Part shown: piece after piece, positions 63,411-64,000 of the stretch
Layout of the letters: each line of letters begins with the position of its first letter
Position numbering within the stretch: position 1 is the first letter of the stretch
From: Vicugna vicugna
Lineage: Eukaryota
NCBI GenBank assembly: GCA_013265495.1
Contig: MU063895.1
Span: 9,379,774-9,443,773, forward strand
Direction: 5' to 3'
Length of the DNA: 64,000 bases
Made by a program: the position numbers and the translations under genes
Notes under the pieces: generated by a model
Database searches by the model: none
What the model was told of the DNA's origin: nothing
The model's input: only the letters and a program-made list of their open reading frames with translations

Positions 63411-64000
63411 CAGAGCAATGCCTCTCAGTTTAATCACACTGCTTTTTCTTTTTCCTACAGTTTATACAGAGTACCCATGTATATTATAGCAAAGGATATG
63501 TTTGGCTGGATTCTGAGGTCATCCCCTACTGTTTCCAAAACAAAATGCTCTTTCTCTGTCTCTTTCTTTTGTTACTCCAAGCATTGTCAGCCATCCACAC
63601 AATCTGGCTTTTGTGAGGGTTCTAATATTCAATATGTTGGTATATATGTGAACCTCAGGTATTGAAAGAGTTGAAATCTTCCTCCCTAATCAACCTCAAG
63701 GAATTCCTTAGCTTTCCACCTCCATCCCTGAATATCAAAACTTTTTTCTAACTCTGCCCATAGGTTTTATCACTTTTTATTCCAGCTTACCGAGATACTC
63801 TATTACTTAAGTATAACAACCAATCCCTAAATGTTGGAAAATCTACTTAAAGCTGATTAAAACGCAGAGCTAAGTCCTCTCTGGTGTAATATGGCTATGT
63901 CCTTTAACAGGAAACAAAGTGTATAAATGTACCCTTAATTTATTGCTACATGATTCTTTGAATTCTAATGAGTATCAAGAGTGATTTCAGAAAGCCATAG

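Noticed and set aside
1-64000. About 130 short ORFs in the six-frame track
   Set aside because: Most are 60-150 aa, many lie inside recognisable repeats or low-complexity tracts, and none except the L1 ORF2 remnant resembles a protein I know; this is the expectation for mammalian non-coding DNA
1-64000. CRISPR arrays, rRNA, operons and other prokaryotic systems
   Set aside because: The sequence is mammalian; no regularly spaced repeat-spacer array or rRNA similarity was seen

Overview
AT-rich mammalian nuclear DNA, most likely from a camelid (Camelus/Vicugna/Lama). That assignment rests on tRNA-derived SINEs of the Vic-1 type and young L1 3' ends I recognise as camelid-like. The window is a mosaic of old transposon relics (L2, MIR, L3/CR1, MLT1, MER5A, MER47, old L1M), Laurasiatherian/artiodactyl ERV solo LTRs, lineage-specific L1 and SINE copies, microsatellites and one 156-N assembly gap. 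I recognise no protein-coding gene. The only ORF-track entry with clear homology is the L1 ORF2 C-terminus at 14496-14924 (-). The window is probably intergenic or deep intronic/lncRNA territory. The most notable unexplained structure is a 92-bp inverted repeat (28736-28827 vs 33531-33622, 88/92 identical, 39-bp perfect core) that I cannot assign to any repeat family. It brackets 4.7 kb of ancient repeats. Other items worth checking are a few splice-signal-bounded candidate exons, CpG-retaining promoter/enhancer-like clusters, a tail-to-tail L2 hairpin and a 20-nt L1 micro-insertion with a perfect TSD. Repeat family names come from memory of consensus sequences, not from a RepeatMasker run, and boundaries of old elements are approximate.
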